IMG/VR virus record: IMGVR_UViG_3300006793_004421 | Span: 1 to 58,555 of that record | DNA length: 58,555 nt | Reading direction: 5' to 3' (one strand) | From: a virus | Lineage: Duplodnaviria; Caudoviricetes | Part shown: piece after piece, positions 53,726 to 58,555 of the stretch | Layout: each line of letters begins with the position of its first letter | Numbering within the stretch: the stretch's first letter is position 1 | Notes under the pieces: generated by a model | Database searches by the model: none | The model's input: only the letters and a program-made list of their open reading frames with translations | What the model was told of the DNA's origin: nothing | Made by a program: the position numbers and the translations under genes

Positions 53726-56395
53726 ATGAGTTATGTAGACGCACAGTTCGATCGTGATCAGGATTTGATCAGAGTAGTCGAACGAAAAGATGGTAAGCGT
53801 TCTTACGCAGAATACCCAATCAAATACACATTCTATTATAAAGATCAACGTGGTAAGTACAAAAGTATTTACGGTGATCCATTAAGCAGAATCGTTGCTA
53901 AAAATACAAAACAGTTTCGTAAAGAACTAGCTATTAACAATACTAAAGAATTGTTTGAAAGCGATATCAATCCAATCTTCCAATGTTTAAGTGAAAACTA
54001 TTTAAATGCAGATTCGCCTAAGCTGAATGTTGCGTTCTTTGATATTGAGACAGACTTTGATCCAGAACGTGGCTTTGCTGATCCAAGTGATCCGTTTATG
54101 CCTATTACTGCTATTAGTGTACACTTACAATGGTTAGATACATTAGTTACATTTGCTATGCCTCCAAAAGGCTTAACTATGGAACAGGCAGAAGAAGAAG
54201 TTAAAGATTTCCCTAACACATACTTGTATGAAAAAGAAGGCGATATGCTAGAAGCATTCCTTGACATTATACAAGATAGTGATATACTTACAGGTTGGAA
54301 CAGTGAAGGTTATGATATTCCGTATACTGTCAACCGTGTAAAAAGAGTTTTAAGTAAAGATGATACAAGACGTTTTTGTTTGTGGAAACAACTTCCTAAA
54401 AAACGTGAGTATGAAAAGTATGGTCGTAAAGCAGAAACATATGATCTAGTTGGTCGTGTACATTTAGATAGTTTAGAATTATATCGTAAGTATACATATG
54501 AAGAAAGACACACATATAGACTAGATGCTATTGGTGAACTAGAAGTTGGTGAAAACAAGACTGTATACGAAGGTACATTAGATCAACTTTATAACAACGA
54601 CTTTAAAACGTTTATTGAATACAACAGACAAGACGTTGCACTACTAGACAAACTAGATAAGAAACTAAAGTTTATTGACCTTAGTAACGAACTAGCACAC
54701 AGTAACACAGTTTTACTACAAACTACTATGGGTGCAGTTGCAGTTACAGAACAAGCTATTATTAACGAAGCACATCACAGAGGTATGCAAGTTCCTAACA
54801 GAGTAAAACGTGAGCCAGGTAGTGATCCTGCCGCAGGTGCCTATGTTGCATTTCCTAAAAAAGGTGTACACAAGTGGATTGGTAGTATGGACTTGAACAG
54901 TCTGTATCCTAGTGTTATTCGTGCATTGAATATGGATCCAGCAACAGTTGTTGGACAACTACGTCCAGACTTAACTAACGCAATGGTTGAAGATGCAATG
55001 ACGCTTCAGAAGAAGTCGTTTGCAGGTGCTTGGGAAGGACGCTTTGGTACTATCGAATACGAAGCAGTTATGGAGCAAAAGAAAGACGTTAGTATTACTG
55101 TTGACTTTGAAAACGGTGAAAGTGAAATACTTAGTGGTGCTGAAGTATACAAATTAATATTTGATTCGCACAAGCCGTGGATGCTAACTGCTAACGGAAC
55201 TATATTAACTAACGAGTTTGACGGAGTTATTCCAGGACTACTTAAACGTTGGTATAGTGAACGTAAAGAATTGCAAAAGCAAAAAGGTAAAGCTATTGAT
55301 GCCGGCAACAAAATTGAACAAGCGTTTTGGGATAAACGACAGCTAGTTAAAAAGATTAACTTGAACAGTTTGTATGGTGCTATTCTAAATCCAGGTTGTA
55401 GATTCTTTGATCCACGTATTGGACAATCAACTACACTAACAGGTAGAGCTATTGCAAAGCACATGAGTGCAGAAGTAAACAAAGTTATTACAGGCAAATA
55501 TGATCATGTAGGCGATAGTATTATCTATGGTGATACAGATTCTGTTTACTTTAGTGCCCACCCTGTACTAAAAGAAGATATTAACAAAGGTGCTATTCCT
55601 TGGGGTAAAGAAAACGTTCTTAAACTTTATGATCAAATTTGTGAAGAAGCAAATGAAACATTTCCAAAGTTTATGATGGAAGCATTTCATTGTCCAAAAA
55701 GCAGGTCGGACGTTATTGCGGCAGGTAGAGAAATTGTTGCAGAGTCAGGCTTGTTTATTACAAAGAAACGTTATGCGGCTTTGATTTATGATAACGAAGG
55801 CGAACGTATGGACGTCGACGGTAAAGTAGGTAAAGTAAAAGCAATGGGTCTTGATCTTAAACGTTCAGACACTCCTGTGTTTATGCAAGACTTTTTAAGT
55901 GAACTATTGCTTATGGTACTTACAGATAAAACAGAAGCTGAGATACTTGAGAAGATTACAGAATTCCGTACTGCATTTAAGCTACGCCCTGGCTTTGAAA
56001 AAGGTTCGCCTAAACGTGCAAACAAGATTGGCGAGTATCAACGTAAAGAAGCAAAGATGGGTAAAGCTACTATGCCTGGACACGTAAGAGCAAGTATCAA
56101 TTGGAATACACTTAAACGTATGAACGGCGACAAGTATTCACAAGAAATTGTAGACGGTATGAAAGTTATTGTTTGCAAACTAAAACAGAATCCATTAGGA
56201 TATACAAGTGTTGCGTATCCAACAGACGAACTCCGTATTCCGGACTGGTTCAAAGAACTACCGTTTGATGATGACGCAATGGAATCAACTATTATTGACA
56301 ACAAACTAGATAACTTGATTGGTGTGTTGAACTACGATATCTCAAGCACATTACAGAACAATACATTTAGTTCGTTGTTTGACTTCGGAGAATAA
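53726..56395 (+). CDS. Family B DNA polymerase with 3'-5' exonuclease
   Basis: FFDIET, GWNSEGYDIPY, YNRQD, DLNSLYPS, KINLNSLYG, YGDTDS and KKRYA. Confidence 0.96.
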   Translation: MSYVDAQFDRDQDLIRVVERKDGKRSYAEYPIKYTFYYKDQRGKYKSIYGDPLSRIVAKNTKQFRKELAINNTKELFESDINPIFQCLSENYLNADSPKLNVAFFDIETDFDPERGFADPSDPFMPITAISVHLQWLDTLVTFAMPPKGLTMEQAEEEVKDFPNTYLYEKEGDMLEAFLDIIQDSDILTGWNSEGYDIPYTVNRVKRVLSKDDTRRFCLWKQLPKKREYEKYGRKAETYDLVGRVHLDSLELYRKYTYEERHTYRLDAIGELEVGENKTVYEGTLDQLYNNDFKTFIEYNRQDVALLDKLDKKLKFIDLSNELAHSNTVLLQTTMGAVAVTEQAIINEAHHRGMQVPNRVKREPGSDPAAGAYVAFPKKGVHKWIGSMDLNSLYPSVIRALNMDPATVVGQLRPDLTNAMVEDAMTLQKKSFAGAWEGRFGTIEYEAVMEQKKDVSITVDFENGESEILSGAEVYKLIFDSHKPWMLTANGTILTNEFDGVIPGLLKRWYSERKELQKQKGKAIDAGNKIEQAFWDKRQLVKKINLNSLYGAILNPGCRFFDPRIGQSTTLTGRAIAKHMSAEVNKVITGKYDHVGDSIIYGDTDSVYFSAHPVLKEDINKGAIPWGKENVLKLYDQICEEANETFPKFMMEAFHCPKSRSDVIAAGREIVAESGLFITKKRYAALIYDNEGERMDVDGKVGKVKAMGLDLKRSDTPVFMQDFLSELLLMVLTDKTEAEILEKITEFRTAFKLRPGFEKGSPKRANKIGEYQRKEAKMGKATMPGHVRASINWNTLKRMNGDKYSQEIVDGMKVIVCKLKQNPLGYTSVAYPTDELRIPDWFKELPFDDDAMESTIIDNKLDNLIGVLNYDISSTLQNNTFSSLFDFGE

Positions 56396-56396
56396 T

Positions 56397-56939
56397 ATGG
56401 CTGTACATGGAATGATAGATTTAGAAACACTAGGCGTTGAGCCAGATAGTGTAATCATAACTCTAGGTGCTATCAAATTTGATCCGTACACTAATGAAGA
56501 TCCTCATAGTGGATTATACCTACGTTGTGACATCGAAGAACAAAGTGAAAAGCTAGGCAGAAGTATTGACGACAATACTCTTGCTTGGTGGACTAAACAA
56601 GATCAAAACATTCAAGACGAAGCATTTGGTGAGCATGAAGATCGAGTTAACATGGATCAACTTACAAAAGCAATTAATAAATTTTGTGTAGGTGTTGACC
56701 AACTATGGTGTCAAGGTCCATTGTTTGACTATGCAATATTACAAAACTTATATAAGAATATTAACAAGCCTTGTCCTTGGAACTTTTGGCAGATTAGAGA
56801 TAGTAGAACTATCTTTAGTATGATGCCTACAGATCCACGTAAAGCAATACAAGAAGAACTGCACAATGCTCTAGCTGACTGTTACTATCAAGCTAAGTGT
56901 GTACAACAAACGTTTAAAGCATTTGGAGTATCTAAGTGA
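56397..56939 (+). CDS. DEDDh 3'-5' exonuclease
   Basis: MIDLETLG, FDYAIL, RDSRT and HNALADC. Confidence 0.85.
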   Translation: MAVHGMIDLETLGVEPDSVIITLGAIKFDPYTNEDPHSGLYLRCDIEEQSEKLGRSIDDNTLAWWTKQDQNIQDEAFGEHEDRVNMDQLTKAINKFCVGVDQLWCQGPLFDYAILQNLYKNINKPCPWNFWQIRDSRTIFSMMPTDPRKAIQEELHNALADCYYQAKCVQQTFKAFGVSK

Positions 56940-57703
56940 GAATACTACTAACAGGACATAAAGGTATGGTTGGAACAGAGTTGTATACTGCTCTAACTAA
57001 AGAACATCGTGTTATTGGTATTGACTTAAAAGACGGCAATAACTTACTAGACTGTTCGTTAGACTTCGAAGTTGATCTAGTAATTCATCTTGCAGGCGAA
57101 AGCGGAATACCAAAAAGTTTAGAAGAGCCTGATTTGTATTTTCAACACAATGTAATAGCAACCAAAAGATTATTTGATCATTTTAAAAATACTAGAATAT
57201 TATATGCTAGTTCAAGTACTGCAAAAGAACCTAACAGAAATCCGTATGCTTTAACCAAACATACAGTTGAACGCATTGCACCACATTCAAGTCTAGGTAT
57301 GAGATTTACAACTATATACAGTAACAACTCAGAACTTAGGCCAAACATGTTAATACCTCGAATTATACGAAATGACGTACCACACGTAACGAATCATAAA
57401 AGAGACTTTATTCATGTTGCTGATATTGTAAGTGCAATACTTACATTAATCAAAAACGAAGATGTAAAAGGAGTTATTGATATCGGAACTGGCAAAAGCC
57501 AATCACTAAAAAGTATTTTAAAAGAATTTGGAATGAATCCACAAATGAAAATGGATACTCCCAATGAAAGAGCTGATAATGTTGCTGACATATCAGTATT
57601 ACAAGGCTTGGGTTGGAAAACAACAATTGAGCTAATACAATTCTTAAAAGACAAGAAAGAGCTTGACTTTTCAGAAAAACCTAAATATAATGTATATAAC
57701 TAA
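56936..57703 (+). CDS. NAD-dependent epimerase/dehydratase
   Basis: LTGHKGMVG, HLAG, ASSS, YALTK and RDFIHVAD. Confidence 0.88.
   Translation: MRILLTGHKGMVGTELYTALTKEHRVIGIDLKDGNNLLDCSLDFEVDLVIHLAGESGIPKSLEEPDLYFQHNVIATKRLFDHFKNTRILYASSSTAKEPNRNPYALTKHTVERIAPHSSLGMRFTTIYSNNSELRPNMLIPRIIRNDVPHVTNHKRDFIHVADIVSAILTLIKNEDVKGVIDIGTGKSQSLKSILKEFGMNPQMKMDTPNERADNVADISVLQGLGWKTTIELIQFLKDKKELDFSEKPKYNVYN
57663..57691 (+). promoter_or_regulatory. Sigma70-type promoter
   Basis: TTGACT, 17 nt, TATAAT upstream of the putative clamp gene. Confidence 0.75.
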
Positions 57704-57718
57704 TGGAGAAATGTTAAA

Positions 57719-58450
57719 ATGAAAGATATCTTACAAGACGTTGTTGCTCATACACATTCACTAGGATTTTTAACTTTAGTAAAAGTTACTGGTGAAGATG
57801 CCGCAACGACAATCGAATCAATGGCAGAAGATAGAAGTGTTATCTTAACTGCTACAACAAAGGCGGCAGTAAACGAATTTAAAGGAACCTTTGGTATGCC
57901 TAACTTAGATAAGTTAGCACTACACTTAAAAAATCCTGAGTATCAGAAGCAGTCAAAGATTACTGTAGAGCAACAGGAACGTAACGGTGAAACTTTGCCT
58001 ACACACTTGCACTTTGAAAATGAAGCAGGTGACTTTGAAAATGATTATCGCTTTATGAATAAAGCAATCATTGATGAGAAACTTAAAACTGTAAAGTTTA
58101 AAGGTGCATCATGGGACGTAACTATTGAGCCTACAATGGCTTCAATTACTAGAATGAAATTGCAAAGTGCGGCACATTCAGAAGAAACTACATTTACAGT
58201 TAAAACTGAAAATGATAACTTAGTGTTTAGTTTTGGTGATGCTTCGCAACACGCAGGTTCATTTGTATTCCAACACGCAGTTGGTAGTGAATTGAAACAT
58301 GCTTGGAGTTGGCCTGTAGCACAGGTACAAGCTATTTTAAATCTTGATGGTAAAGTAACTATGAAGATTAGTGATCAAGGTGCAATGGCATTAAGTGTTG
58401 ATAGTGGTTTAGGTCAGTATGACTATATTCTACCAGCACAAACAAAATAA
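57719..58450 (+). CDS. Putative sliding clamp (gp45/PCNA-like)
   Basis: 243 aa with a clamp-like alpha/beta pattern and C-terminal YDYILPA; near polB, with a clamp loader in the window. Confidence 0.55.
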   Translation: MKDILQDVVAHTHSLGFLTLVKVTGEDAATTIESMAEDRSVILTATTKAAVNEFKGTFGMPNLDKLALHLKNPEYQKQSKITVEQQERNGETLPTHLHFENEAGDFENDYRFMNKAIIDEKLKTVKFKGASWDVTIEPTMASITRMKLQSAAHSEETTFTVKTENDNLVFSFGDASQHAGSFVFQHAVGSELKHAWSWPVAQVQAILNLDGKVTMKISDQGAMALSVDSGLGQYDYILPAQTK

Positions 58451-58457
58451 GGACTTT

Positions 58458-58555
58458 ATGACAAGTGTTGATATTAATGACGATGACAAAACATTTGAAA
58501 ATGAACAAAGTACAGTAACTATACCTCTTAAGGAGTATGACAGGTTGAGAGAAAA
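58458..58555 (+). CDS. Hypothetical protein (partial, runs off the right edge)
   Basis: SD AAGGA, ATG at 58458, open to the end of the window. Confidence 0.55.
   Translation, partial: MTSVDINDDDKTFENEQSTVTIPLKEYDRLRE

Noticed and set aside
53726-56395. Possible intein or intron in polB (also considered for clpA and thyX)
   Set aside because: Lengths are normal, motifs are contiguous, and no splicing or homing-endonuclease motifs are visible.
1-58555. CRISPR array, tRNA/rRNA genes, integrase/transposase, DGR
   Set aside because: No repeat-spacer array, cloverleaf, recombinase or reverse transcriptase was seen by eye, and intergenic gaps are mostly very short. tRNAscan and Infernal were not run.

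Overview
This 58.6 kb window is a gene-dense, AT-rich segment of a large lytic T4-like/jumbo myophage, probably marine and with a Gram-negative host; the spanin-like pair and the proteobacterial-type FdxA, ClpA and IscA suggest this, but the host is inferred. Its contents in order are: (i) a partial minus-strand tail-fibre gene; (ii) auxiliary genes (2OG-Fe(II) oxygenases, QueD, JmjC-like cupin, glycosyltransferases, HAD phosphomannomutase, GH73 hydrolase, UvsE, IscA); (iii) a ~19 kb baseplate/tail block with two subtilisins and a YHYH protein; (iv) replication and metabolism genes (DnaE fragment, GroES, MazG, clamp loader, ferredoxin, parvulin, ThyX, PhoH); (v) a lysis cassette; (vi) a DnaJ-Def-ClpA operon; (vii) modular late proteins that look like capsid-targeted polyproteins cut after Glu; (viii) PolB, an exonuclease and a putative sliding clamp. 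Two promoter classes are visible: near-perfect sigma70 TTGAC(A/T)-N17-TATAAT, and a T4-late-like GATAAATA. The most interesting observations are two phycobiliprotein-like globin domains that keep the bilin-binding Cys-x-Arg-Asp inside the 2161-aa virion protein, a head-cargo polyprotein cluster carrying bacteriocin-like and metallothionein-like modules, a preQ1-I-like RNA before queD, tandem RNA pseudoknots before the polymerase, and systematic leaderless gene starts. All family calls come from motif recognition by eye; no searches were run.
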